From an uncultured Iamiaceae bacterium (GTDB lineage: Bacteria > Actinomycetota > Acidimicrobiia > Acidimicrobiales > DATDAH01): a stretch of DNA of 35,564 bases. Positions 1-8,478 of the stretch are shown here, piece by piece. Each line of letters opens with the position of its first letter. Within the stretch, counting starts at the first letter, position 1. The translations under genes were made by a program, and so were the position numbers. The stretch covers positions 1 through 35,564 of the forward strand of contig CAYTJS010000001.1 of assembly GCA_964438115.1 (NCBI GenBank), read 5' to 3'. Under the pieces are notes generated by a model that ran no database searches, was not told where the DNA came from, and saw only the letters and a program-made list of their open reading frames with translations.

Positions 1-101
1 AGCGCCCCGAGGCCGTCGGCCTCGGCCACGGCGCGGGCCGCGGCCAGGAACTCGGTCCGCCGGGCGTCGCGCCGGCGCTCCCGCCGGGTATCCTGAACCA
101 C
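1..101 (-). CDS. N-terminal fragment (about 33 aa) of a probable TetR/AcrR-family regulator; runs off the left edge
   Basis: Not in the ORF track because there is no stop in the window. The reverse strand from GTG 101..99 reads VVQDTRRERRRDARRTEFLAAARAVAEADGLGA. This is an Arg-rich leader followed by a TetR-like HTH start. It is divergent from an MFS exporter, the classic TetR layout. Confidence 0.4.
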   Translation of the reverse strand, partial: MVQDTRRERRRDARRTEFLAAARAVAEADGLGA

Positions 102-124
102 GTTCAGATGATGAACCAAGTTCA
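93..124. promoter_or_regulatory. Two tandem AT-rich palindromes, candidate TetR operators
   Basis: CTGAAC-CAC-GTTCAG lies at 93..107 and TGAAC-CAA-GTTCA at 112..124, with centres 18 bp apart. They share the half-site TGAAC/GTTCA. They sit between the TetR-like start (101) and the MFS start (131/146). Confidence 0.45.
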
Positions 125-130
125 CCAGCC

Positions 131-1399
131 GTGTCAAGGGCCCCGATGAGGCCCCCCGGCCCCCGGTCCACCTTCGCCTCCTTCGCCGTCCGCAACTTCC
201 GACTGTTCTTCGCCGGCCAGGGCATCTCCCAGATCGGGAACTGGATGACCCTGGTGGCCCAGACGCTGCTCGTCCTGCGCCTGACCGACAGTGGCGTGGC
301 CGTGGGCCTGCTCACCGCCTGCCAGTTCGGCCCCGTCCTGGTGCTCGGCGCCTGGGCCGGCCTGGTGGCCGACCGCAGCGACAAACGCCGGCTGCTCATG
401 GTGGTGCAGGCGGTGGCCATGTCCCAGTCCTTCGCCCTGGCCGCCCTCGCCTTCACCGACGAGCCCCCGCTCGGCGCCCTCTTCGCCCTGGCCACGGTGA
501 GCGGCCTGTGCCTGGCGTTCGACAACCCGACCCGGCGCGCCTTCGTCGTCGAGATGGTCCCTGACGACTTCGTCCCCAACGCCGTCAGCCTGAACAGCGC
601 CATGATGACCAGCTCCCGGGTCATCGGCCCGGCGCTCGCCGGCCTGCTCATCACCACCGTCGGCTACGGCTGGGCCTTCCTGCTCGACGGCGTGTCCTAC
701 CTCGCCGTGCTCGTCGGCCTGGCCCTCATCCGCCCCGACGAGCTGCGCTCGTCGCCGCCCACCCAGCGGGGCCGGGGCCAGGTCCGGGAGGGCCTGCGCT
801 ACACCCTGGGCCAGCCGACCCTGGCCATCCCGCTGGGGATGATGGCCCTCGTCGGCACCCTCGCCTTCAACTTCTCGGTGGTCTTCCCGCTCCTCGTCAC
901 CCGGACCTTCGGCGCCTCCGAGGCCACCTTCACGGTGCTGTTCTCGGTCATCAGCATCGGGTCCCTGGTCGGAGCCCTGCGCACCGCCCGACGGCGGCGG
1001 GTCGAGGTCGACGACGTGGTCCTCGCCTCCCTCGGCTTCGGCGTGGCCATGCTCGCCCTGGCGGTCACCCCGGGCCTGGCCCTGGCCTTCCCCGTCGGCC
1101 TCGCCGTGGGGGTGACGAGCATCGCCTTCCTGACCAGCTCGACGGCGATCGTCCAGGTCGCCGCCGCCCCGGAGATGCGGGGGCGGGTCCTCGCCCTCCA
1201 GGCCATCGTGTTCCTGGGCAGCACTCCGATCGGCGGGCCCATCGTGGGTGCGGTGGCCGAGGCCTGGGGCCCCCGGGCCGCCGTGGCCCTGGGCGGGGTC
1301 AGCGCCGTGGTCGCCGCCGTCGGCGGGCACCTGGCCTGGCGGGCCCACCGCGACGACGCGACCGCGACGCCGGACGAGGCCACCCCCGCCACGGCGTAG
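131..1399 (+). CDS. MFS transporter (EntS/MFS_3-like exporter)
   Basis: 422-aa ORF that is hydrophobic throughout. The N-terminal FRLFFAGQGISQIGNWM motif is typical of this MFS group. The start is GTG 131 or in-frame ATG 146. Confidence 0.85.
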   Translation: MSRAPMRPPGPRSTFASFAVRNFRLFFAGQGISQIGNWMTLVAQTLLVLRLTDSGVAVGLLTACQFGPVLVLGAWAGLVADRSDKRRLLMVVQAVAMSQSFALAALAFTDEPPLGALFALATVSGLCLAFDNPTRRAFVVEMVPDDFVPNAVSLNSAMMTSSRVIGPALAGLLITTVGYGWAFLLDGVSYLAVLVGLALIRPDELRSSPPTQRGRGQVREGLRYTLGQPTLAIPLGMMALVGTLAFNFSVVFPLLVTRTFGASEATFTVLFSVISIGSLVGALRTARRRRVEVDDVVLASLGFGVAMLALAVTPGLALAFPVGLAVGVTSIAFLTSSTAIVQVAAAPEMRGRVLALQAIVFLGSTPIGGPIVGAVAEAWGPRAAVALGGVSAVVAAVGGHLAWRAHRDDATATPDEATPATA

Positions 1400-1402
1400 G
1401 GT
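1397..1402 (+). promoter_or_regulatory. Candidate -10 (TAGGGT) for a leaderless OYE transcript
   Basis: A TANNNT hexamer ends 7 nt before ATG 1410. There is no Shine-Dalgarno sequence in between. Confidence 0.3.
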
Positions 1403-1409
1403 CGCGGCC

Positions 1410-2597
1410 ATGGCGCCCTCCCCCTTCGAGCCCGCCGCCCTGGGCCCGGTCACCCTGCGCAACCGCCTGATCAAGGCCGCCACCTTCGAGGGGGTCATGC
1501 CCCGGGGGGCGGTCACCGACGAGCTCGTCGCCTTCCACACCGCGGTGGCCGAGGGCGGCATCGGGCTGACCACGGTGGCCTACTGCGCCGTCTCGAAGGG
1601 CGGCCGGGTCAACCGCCACACCATGGTGTTCACCGAGGACCTGATCCCCGACCTCACCCGCCTCACCGAGTCGGTGCACGGGGCGGGGGCCAAGATCGCC
1701 GCCCAGGTGGGCCACGCCGGCCTGGTGGCCTCCGCCGGCAGCAAGGCCAACCCCACCCTCGCCCCCTCCACCCGGTTCAGCGCCTCGGCCATGGGCCGGG
1801 TGAAGGGCGCCACCCCCGCCCAGCTCGACGAGGTGGTGGCCGACTTCGAGCGGGCCGTGCGGGTGGCCGACGCCGCCGGTTTCGACGTGATCGAGGTCCA
1901 CCTCGGCCACAACTACCTGCTCAGCTCGTTCCTCAGCCCCAACCTGAACAAGCGCACCGACGAGTTCGGCGGCAGCATCGAGAACCGGGCCCGCTTCCCC
2001 CGCCGGGTCGTCGAGGCCGTCCGCCGCGCCGCCGGGGACCACCTGGCGGTGACGGCCAAGTTCAACATGGCCGACGGCGTGGACGACGGCCTGTGGCTGG
2101 ACGAGAGCCTCCAGTTCGCCCGCCTCCTCGAGGCCGACGGCCACCTCGACGCCCTCGAGCTGACCGGTGGCAGCTCGGTGCTCAACGGCATGTACTTCTT
2201 CCGGGGCGAGGTGCCCATGAAGGAGTTCATCGCCACCCAACCCAAGGTGGCCGCGCTCGGCCTGAAGGTCATGGGCCACAAGATCTTCCCCGAGTACCCC
2301 TTCGAGGAGGGCTTCTTCCTGCCCTTCGCCCGCCAGTTCCGCAAGGAGCTGTCGATGCCACTGATCCTGCTCGGCGGGGTCAACAAGCTGGAGACCATCG
2401 AGACCGCCCTCGACGAGGGGTTCGACTTCGTGGCCATGGCCCGGGCCCTGCTGCGCGAGCCCGACCTGGTCAACCGACTGCGGGACGGCACCCGCAAGGA
2501 GAGCCTCTGCGTGCACTGCAACAAGTGCCTGCCGACGATCTACTCCGGCACCCGTTGCATCCTCGCCGACGTCGACGCCGAGGCGGGGGTGGCCTAG
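1410..2597 (+). CDS. NADH:flavin oxidoreductase, Old Yellow Enzyme family
   Basis: From internal ATG 1410 the protein reads MAPSPFEPAALGPVTLRNRLIKAATFEG. It carries the OYE block HLGHNYLLSSFLSPNLNKRTDEFGGSIENRARF. The upstream part of ORF 1248.. overlaps the MFS gene and looks non-coding. Confidence 0.9.
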   Translation: MAPSPFEPAALGPVTLRNRLIKAATFEGVMPRGAVTDELVAFHTAVAEGGIGLTTVAYCAVSKGGRVNRHTMVFTEDLIPDLTRLTESVHGAGAKIAAQVGHAGLVASAGSKANPTLAPSTRFSASAMGRVKGATPAQLDEVVADFERAVRVADAAGFDVIEVHLGHNYLLSSFLSPNLNKRTDEFGGSIENRARFPRRVVEAVRRAAGDHLAVTAKFNMADGVDDGLWLDESLQFARLLEADGHLDALELTGGSSVLNGMYFFRGEVPMKEFIATQPKVAALGLKVMGHKIFPEYPFEEGFFLPFARQFRKELSMPLILLGGVNKLETIETALDEGFDFVAMARALLREPDLVNRLRDGTRKESLCVHCNKCLPTIYSGTRCILADVDAEAGVA

Positions 2598-3619
2598 ACC
2601 GGGGTCGGCGTGGCGCCGACCGCTTCGGCCACGAGGCGGTAGGAGCGGCGGCGGTCCTCGGGGTCGTGGAGCATGGTGGTGATCATCAGCTCGCCGGCGC
2701 CGGTGCGCTCGGCCAACTCCTCCAGGCGGTCGGCCACCGTGGCCGGGTCGCCGATCACGTGCGAGGCCGTCCACGCCTGTACCGCCTCGCGCTCGAAGGG
2801 CGTGTAGCGGTACTCGGCCGCCTCCTCGGGGCTCGGGTAGGGCCCGGGCCGGCCCTGGCGCAGCCGGAGGAAGGCCAGGGCCCCCGGTGCCGCCAGCCAG
2901 CGGGCCTCGTCCTCGGTCGGGGCGCAGACGGCCGCCACCCCGAGCATCAGCTCGGGGGCCGACCGGGACTCGGAGGGGCGGAAGGCCCGGTGGTAGACGG
3001 CCGCGGCCGCGTCGGTGTTGGCGGCGGCGAAATGGTGGGCGAAGGAGAACGGCAGGCCCAGCTCACCAGCCAGGTGGGCGCTGAAGTCGCTCGACCCCAG
3101 GAGCCACAGGTCGGGGGACGTCCCCCGGCCGGGCACCGCCCGCACCGAGGCATAGGGGTGGCCCTCGGGGAAGCCGGTCGTGAAGTGGGCGACCAGTTCG
3201 GCCAACTGCTCGGGGAGGTCCTCGCCGCCGGCGCCCCGGGCCCCGCGCCGGAGGGCGTGGGCCGTGGCCGGGTCGGTCCCCGGCGCCCGTCCGATGCCCA
3301 GGTCCACCCGACCGGGGGCGAAGGCCTCGAGCATCCCGAACTGCTCGGCGACCACCAGCGGCGAGTGGTTGGGCAGCATGACCCCACCGGAGCCGAGGCG
3401 GATGGTCGAGGTCTCGGCGCTGACCCGGGCCAGGAGCACGGCGGGGGCCGAGCTGGCGATGCCCGGCATGGAGTGGTGCTCGGCCACCCAGTAGCGGCGG
3501 TAGCCGAGGGCCTCGACGGTGGTCGCCAGCCGCACGGAGGCGGCCAGGGCAGCGGCCACCGTCGACCCCGAGGACACGGGGGAGAGATCGAGCACCGAGA
3601 CACGGAAGCCGGCCATCAC
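2594..3619 (-). CDS. LLM-class (luciferase-like) flavin-dependent oxidoreductase, group 1
   Basis: The sequence VSVLDLSPV...EALGYRRYWVAEHHSMPGIASSAPAVLL is the hallmark N-terminus of luciferase-family group 1 oxidoreductases. The start is GTG 3619 or ATG 3616. Confidence 0.9.
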   Translation of the reverse strand: MMAGFRVSVLDLSPVSSGSTVAAALAASVRLATTVEALGYRRYWVAEHHSMPGIASSAPAVLLARVSAETSTIRLGSGGVMLPNHSPLVVAEQFGMLEAFAPGRVDLGIGRAPGTDPATAHALRRGARGAGGEDLPEQLAELVAHFTTGFPEGHPYASVRAVPGRGTSPDLWLLGSSDFSAHLAGELGLPFSFAHHFAAANTDAAAAVYHRAFRPSESRSAPELMLGVAAVCAPTEDEARWLAAPGALAFLRLRQGRPGPYPSPEEAAEYRYTPFEREAVQAWTASHVIGDPATVADRLEELAERTGAGELMITTMLHDPEDRRRSYRLVAEAVGATPTPV

Positions 3620-3672
3620 GGGATAGAACCGCCCGCACCGACGGTCTCTTCCTCGCCCGGCGGGCGGGTACG

Positions 3673-4578
3673 TTGCCCGCCGTGGAGATCGGCCTGTCCC
3701 TGCCCACCATGGCCCCCGGCTACACCGCGGCCACCACGATCGAGTGGTCCCGGGCCATCGACGCCGGCCCGTTCAGCACCCTGTCGACCGGTGAGCGCAT
3801 CACCTTCGACAACCCCGACTGGCTGGTGACCCTCTCGGCCGCGGCCACCCTGACCGAGCGGGTGCGCATCTTCGCCAACCTCGTGGTCCTGCCCGCCCAT
3901 CCCGTGGCCGTGGTGGCCAAGCAGCTCGCCACCCTCGACCAGCTCTCGGACGGGCGTCTCGTCGTCGGCGTCGGTGTCGGCGGACGAGGGCACGACGTCC
4001 GGGCCGCCGAGCGCCCCACCGCCGGCCGCCACGCCCTCCTCGACGAGCAGGTCGACCGACTCCGGCGCCTGTGGTCGGGTGAGCCCCCCTTCGAGCGGGC
4101 CGACCCCGTGGGTCCCGCCCCGGCCCAAGGCGCCGACGTGCCCATCCTGGCCGGGGCCATGGGCCCGAAGGCCATGGCCCGGGCCGCCCGCTGGGCCGAT
4201 GGGATCAGCGGCTTCAGCGTGACCGGCCAGCCGGCGGAGATGGCCGCCTCCTTCCGCCTGGCCGAGTCGGCCTGGGCCGAGGCAGGGCGGGACACGACGC
4301 CCCGGCGGGTCAGCGGCTGCTTCTACGTGCTCGACGGCGACGACGAGCGGGCCGAGGCCACCCTCCAGACCTTCGCCCGCCGCTACCTGGCCATCTTCGG
4401 GGCCGAGATCGCCGAGGCCATGGCCGCCGAGTGCCGGGTGGCGTCGGTGGCGCACCTCGGCGAGGTCCTCGACGGCGCCGAGGCGGCGGGCTGCGACGAG
4501 TTCGTCCTCGTGCCCGGCACCGTCGACCTCGACTGCCTCGACCGCACCGCCGCCCTGGTCGCCGACCGCCTCAGCTGA
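3673..4578 (+). CDS. LLM-class flavin/F420-dependent oxidoreductase
   Basis: The sequence IGLSLPT...LATLDQLSDGRLVVGVGVGG fits an LLM TIM-barrel. The start is ambiguous. TTG 3673 is given by the track, but GTG 3682 lies 7 nt after a TACGTT hexamer (3669..3674). Confidence 0.85.
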   Translation: MPAVEIGLSLPTMAPGYTAATTIEWSRAIDAGPFSTLSTGERITFDNPDWLVTLSAAATLTERVRIFANLVVLPAHPVAVVAKQLATLDQLSDGRLVVGVGVGGRGHDVRAAERPTAGRHALLDEQVDRLRRLWSGEPPFERADPVGPAPAQGADVPILAGAMGPKAMARAARWADGISGFSVTGQPAEMAASFRLAESAWAEAGRDTTPRRVSGCFYVLDGDDERAEATLQTFARRYLAIFGAEIAEAMAAECRVASVAHLGEVLDGAEAAGCDEFVLVPGTVDLDCLDRTAALVADRLS

Positions 4579-6028
4579 GCACCCGGGCGGCGGCCGCGGC
4601 GCCGGCCCGACGGCCGAAGAAGGAGCCGTCGCCCAGCGAGATCCCGCTCACGTAGCCGTGCACGGCGATGCCCGAGGTCGTGCGCCCGGCGGCGTAGAGG
4701 CCGGGGACCACGCCGCCGTCGGCGTGGCGCACCTCGCTGTCGGGGGTGGTGTCGAGGCCCCCGAGGGTGAACGGGGCGTAGATGGCCTTGGCCACCCGCA
4801 GGTCGATGGCGCCGAGCGGCGGTTCGAGGGGGCGCACCAGCTCGGCCACCTTGTGGAACTCGGGGTCCTCGCCCCGGGCGGCGCCCTCGTTGTAGCGCTC
4901 GACGGTCGCCGCCAGGGCGCCGGCGGGCAGGCCGATGTCGGCCTCGAGCTCGGCGATGGTCTCGGCCGCCCAGGTGGCCCGCATCCCGACGGCGTTGACG
5001 ACGTAGCCGGCCTCGTCGAAGACGAGGTACGCCTCCTCGTCCTGACGCAGGAGGATCTCGAGGCCGATGCGACCGTTGTAGGTGTCCTCGTTGATGAAGC
5101 GCTCGCCCCGGCCGTTGACCAGGATCCCCTCGCTGATCCGCCGCGGTGGGTTCAGGGGCAGCGAGCACTCGAGGGCGTCGAGGTGGCGGGTGGCGCCGCC
5201 GACCCCCTGACCGAGGCGGATGCCGCTGCCGTCGTCGGTGTCGGTGCCCACGTAGAACAGGCAGTGCTCGGCCAGTGGAACGTGCCGACGCACCAGCTCG
5301 GGGTTGTAGATGAACCCGCCGGCGGTGAGGACCACCCCGCCCCGGGCGCGGATGGCGCGCCGGACCCCCGCCTCGACGGCGACCACGCCCACCACGGCGC
5401 CGTCGGCGTCGACCACGAGGCGGTCGACCCGGGTGTCGGTGTGCACCCGGGCGGCGGTGGTGGCGAGGGTGTCGAGCAGGCAGCGCATGATGAAGCCGCC
5501 GGCGGCGTCGGGGTGCTGGGGGTGGTGGCCCCGGGGCGCGGGGCGGGCGATCTCGGCGAAGGGCCAGCTGTCCTCGCCCCCGCTGTAGATCAGGCCGGCG
5601 TCGGTGGGTGGCTCCCGGTCCCGCTCCTCGAAGAACTCGGCCTTGAAGGGCAGCCCGTGGTCGACCAGCCAGTGGTAGTGGGCGACCGAGCCCTCGCAGT
5701 AGGGGCGCACCTTGGCCTCGTCGGCGCCGGGGCCACAGGCCGCCATCAGGAAGGCGGCCATGTCCTCGGGGGTGTCCTCGAACCCGCAGGCCTCCTGGAT
5801 GGGCGTCCCGCCCCCCAGGTAGATGATCCCGCCGGACTGGGCCGAGGTGCCCCCGCCGCCACCGGACCGCTCCAGGGCGATCACGTCGGCCCCGGCGTCC
5901 ACGGCCTCGAGGGCCGCACAGGTGCCGGCGATGCCCAGCCCGACCACGACCACGTCGGCCTCGTCGTCCCAGGCCCCCACCTCGGTGGCGGCGATGGGCT
6001 CGATCGGCTCGGTGCTGTCCTCGGGCAC
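4571..6028 (-). CDS. FAD-binding dehydrogenase (3-ketosteroid dehydrogenase/fumarate-reductase flavoprotein-like)
   Basis: It has an N-terminal Rossmann motif, DVVVVGLGIAGTCAALEAVDAGADVIALERSGGGGGTSAQSGG. GTG start at 6028 with a GAGGGG Shine-Dalgarno sequence upstream. Confidence 0.85.
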   Translation of the reverse strand: MPEDSTEPIEPIAATEVGAWDDEADVVVVGLGIAGTCAALEAVDAGADVIALERSGGGGGTSAQSGGIIYLGGGTPIQEACGFEDTPEDMAAFLMAACGPGADEAKVRPYCEGSVAHYHWLVDHGLPFKAEFFEERDREPPTDAGLIYSGGEDSWPFAEIARPAPRGHHPQHPDAAGGFIMRCLLDTLATTAARVHTDTRVDRLVVDADGAVVGVVAVEAGVRRAIRARGGVVLTAGGFIYNPELVRRHVPLAEHCLFYVGTDTDDGSGIRLGQGVGGATRHLDALECSLPLNPPRRISEGILVNGRGERFINEDTYNGRIGLEILLRQDEEAYLVFDEAGYVVNAVGMRATWAAETIAELEADIGLPAGALAATVERYNEGAARGEDPEFHKVAELVRPLEPPLGAIDLRVAKAIYAPFTLGGLDTTPDSEVRHADGGVVPGLYAAGRTTSGIAVHGYVSGISLGDGSFFGRRAGAAAAARVLS

Positions 6029-6076
6029 GGTTCCCCCCTCGTCGACGACCGCGGGACGCTACCGCCTGTCCGTCTC

Positions 6077-6082
6077 TAGGCT
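6077..6082 (+). promoter_or_regulatory. Candidate -10 (TAGGCT) for a leaderless DUF1269 transcript
   Basis: A TANNNT hexamer ends 7 nt before GTG 6090. Confidence 0.3.
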
Positions 6083-6089
6083 TGACGAC

Positions 6090-6668
6090 GTGGACGAGCC
6101 CGAGGTGGTGGCCGATCAGCCGACCGAGGCGGTGGGTGACGACGCCGCCGGCACACCCCAGACCCTGGTGGGCATCTCCTTCCCGGACGTCTTCCGGGCC
6201 CAGGAGTTCCTGACCGCGGCGACCGGCCTCGGGGCCAAGGGGCACCTGCAGCTGAAGGATGCCGTCATCGTCGTGAAGGACGACGACGGGCACACCCGGG
6301 TCACCGAGACCGTCGACCCCACGCCGGGGCGCACCGCCTTCACCGGGGCGATGTGGGCCGGGCTGTTCGGCCTGTTCCTCGGCGGTCCCGTCGGCTGGGC
6401 CGCCGGTCTGGCCGTGGGCGCCGGCGCCGGTGCCGTGACGGCCAAGGTCGTCGACCTGGGCATCTCCGACGAGTGGGTGGGCTGGTTCCGCCTCGCCGTG
6501 CAGCCGGGCACCGCCACCGTCGCCCTCCTCGTCGAGGACCTCGACCGCAACGCCCTGGTGGCCGAGGCGGCCCGCTTCACCGGCGCCGAGCTGGTCTACG
6601 CCAACCTCGACGACCACACCCTCGACCGCATCCGCGATGCCCTGGAGACCGGCACCGCCCACGAGTGA
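6090..6668 (+). CDS. DUF1269-family membrane protein
   Basis: A Gly-rich TM segment (GAMWAGLFGLFLGGPVGWAAGLAVGAGAGAV) is followed by GISDEWVGWFRLAVQPGTATVALLVED, the typical DUF1269 layout. I chose GTG 6090 as the start. The upstream part of ORF 5823.. overlaps the FAD gene on the opposite strand. Confidence 0.75.
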   Translation: MDEPEVVADQPTEAVGDDAAGTPQTLVGISFPDVFRAQEFLTAATGLGAKGHLQLKDAVIVVKDDDGHTRVTETVDPTPGRTAFTGAMWAGLFGLFLGGPVGWAAGLAVGAGAGAVTAKVVDLGISDEWVGWFRLAVQPGTATVALLVEDLDRNALVAEAARFTGAELVYANLDDHTLDRIRDALETGTAHE

Positions 6669-6669
6669 C

Positions 6670-7203
6670 GTGAGGATCCTCGTCACCGGCGCCACCGGCT
6701 ACATCGGCGGGCGCCTCGTCCCCCGCCTGGCCGCGGCCGGCCACGACGTCCGCTGCCGGAGGGCATCGGCGGCGAAACGGGGCTGGTGGTCGTTCCCCCT
6801 GCCTGGGCCGTGCGGGGCCTGGTCGACCGCCTGGTCGGCGGCGTCGGGCTCGGCGGGGCCGGCGCGACCCGACCACACCGCCGTGGACGAGGCCATCGAC
6901 TTCTGGCGGGTGGAGGCCCTCGAACGGGGCCGCCAGCTGCGGCTGCGGGCCGAGATGCGCTTGCCGGGCGGGGCGGGGCTGGAGTTCGGCATCGAGCCCG
7001 GCGACCCGCCGGTCCTGCACCAGCGGGCCCTGTTCATCCCCCGGGGCCACACCGGCCACCTCTACTGGTGGTCGGTGTGGCCCTTCGACGGGATCGTGTT
7101 CCAGTCCATGCTGCGCAACCTGGCCCGGGCCGCCGCCGGACGACCCACCCAGCCCGACCTAGCCCCAGGGTCGGGCGGGAGCGGGGATCCGGGCCAGGGG
7201 TGA
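6670..7203 (+). pseudogene. Decayed SDR/NAD(P)H-binding + DUF2867 gene (internal deletion plus frame disruptions)
   Basis: It starts with an intact Rossmann motif, VRILVTGATGYIGGRLVPRLAAAGHDVRC. About 35 aa later it jumps directly into the DUF2867 C-terminal region (DFWRVEALERGRQLRLRAEMRLPGGAGLEFGIEP...HLYWWSVWPFDGIVFQSMLRNLARAA). The conserved WAVRGLVDRLVGGVGLGG block is readable only in another frame (about 6804..6863). Confidence 0.6.
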
Positions 7204-8040
7204 GGCCACGGTGCCGAAGCGGCCGTCGTCGTCGGCCCAGGACCGGCACGACTCGTCGATCTCGTCCCGGGACCGGGCCACGAAGTTCCACCACATGACC
7301 AGCTCCTCGGGGAACGGCACCCCGCCGAGGAGGACCACCCGGGCCGGGGTCGCCGCGGCGAGCGCCAGCTCGTCCCGCCCGGTGCCGAGGTGGGCGAGCA
7401 CGCCTGCCACGGCCGCGGCCGCGGAGCCGGCGACGGCCACCTCGCCGTCGAGCACCACCACGGCGTGCTCGTGATCGGCGACGAGGGGCACCTCGGTGAT
7501 CCCGGGGCCGAGGACGAGGTCGACGCCGACGTGGTCGGTGTCGCGCCGGGCCGGCGAGGCCGTCCCCGCGAGGTCGCCCACCAGCACCGTCGCCGTGCTC
7601 GGACCGAGGTCGAGCCGGGGCAGCTCGGCGTGGTGCTCGAAGGCGGGTGGCCCGTGGCGGGTCGCCTCGGGCTGGGCCACCCAGAGCTGGATCCCGGACA
7701 GCGCGCCGCGGTAGCGGGGGCTCGCCTCCTCGCTGTGGCTCACGCCGTGGCCGGCGGTCATCAGGTTGAGCTGTCCGGGCCGGATCAGCTGCTCGCTCCC
7801 CAGGCTGTCGCGGTGCAGGACCTCACCCTCGACCAGCCAGGTCACGGTCTGCAGGCCGGTGTGGGGATGCGGACCGATGTCGATGCCGCGGTCCTCGGTG
7901 ACCGGCGCCGGCCCCATCAGGTCGGCGAAGCACCAGGCGCCGACCGTGCGCCGGGCCCGGCGGGGCAGGACCCGCCGCACCGGGATCTCGCCGACCAGGG
8001 CCTCGTGGCCGGCGACGAGCTCGACCCCGGCGTCGCTCAC
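7159..8040 (-). CDS. Pirin-family protein
   Basis: The bicupin signature GPHPHTGLQTVTWLVEGEVLHRDSLGSEQLIRPGQLNLMTAGHGVSHSE is present. GTG start at 8040 overlaps the upstream stop (GTGA). The longer 419-aa ORF N-terminus is Arg/Pro junk. Confidence 0.85.
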   Translation of the reverse strand: MSDAGVELVAGHEALVGEIPVRRVLPRRARRTVGAWCFADLMGPAPVTEDRGIDIGPHPHTGLQTVTWLVEGEVLHRDSLGSEQLIRPGQLNLMTAGHGVSHSEEASPRYRGALSGIQLWVAQPEATRHGPPAFEHHAELPRLDLGPSTATVLVGDLAGTASPARRDTDHVGVDLVLGPGITEVPLVADHEHAVVVLDGEVAVAGSAAAAVAGVLAHLGTGRDELALAAATPARVVLLGGVPFPEELVMWWNFVARSRDEIDESCRSWADDDGRFGTVASPLARIPAPARPWG

Positions 8041-8471
8041 TCGGCCTCGGCCCGGGCCGCCAGCACCCGCTCGCGGGTGGGCACCCGCCAGGCCACGTAG
8101 GCCACGCCGGCCACGGCGGCGAGGGCGATCCCGGCGATGGCCGCCGGGTGGGTGACGGCCAGCCAGAGGCTCAGACCGGCGAAGACGACGATGCTGGTGC
8201 AGGCGACGGCCTTGGCCCGGCGGGGCATGCCCAACCCGTCCCGGTGGTCGCGGACCAGGGGGCCGATGCCCCGCAGGCCGAGGACCCAGCCCTCCAGCCG
8301 GGGGCTGCTGCGGGAGAAGCAGGCGGCGGCGCCGATGAAGAAGATGGTCGAGGGCAGGCCGGGCAGGACCACCCCGAGGCCGCCGAGGCCCACGCAGGCC
8401 AGGCCGGCGACCAGCCACCCCGCCCGGGCCACGCCCGGGGCCGTGCGGTCGGGGGCGGGGGCGGCGCTCAC
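8037..8471 (-). CDS. DUF454 (YbaN-like) inner-membrane protein
   Basis: The motif LPGLPSTIFFIGAAACFSRSSPRLEGWV is the YbaN/DUF454 signature. The protein has 3-4 TM segments. Confidence 0.75.
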   Translation of the reverse strand: MSAAPAPDRTAPGVARAGWLVAGLACVGLGGLGVVLPGLPSTIFFIGAAACFSRSSPRLEGWVLGLRGIGPLVRDHRDGLGMPRRAKAVACTSIVVFAGLSLWLAVTHPAAIAGIALAAVAGVAYVAWRVPTRERVLAARAEAE

Positions 8472-8478
8472 GGTCGGC

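Noticed and set aside
1248-1409. The upstream start at 1248 for the OYE gene, which would add 54 aa.
   Set aside because: The extension overlaps the MFS coding region and reads as Pro/Arg/Trp junk. ATG 1410 is preceded by a -10-like hexamer, and the conserved OYE N-terminus starts there.
134-1573. Long antisense or alternative-frame ORFs throughout the track, for example 134..1573(-), 1299..2774(-), 2093..3829(+), 4383..6695(-), 9710..11533(+), 13089..15863(+), 17276..19168(-), 25253..27604(+), 28017..29930(+) and 29246..31957(+).
   Set aside because: Their translations are Arg/Gly/Pro/Ala-rich low-complexity strings with no family motifs. Each lies opposite or out of frame to an ORF with clear motifs. 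Stop-free shadow frames are expected at this GC content.
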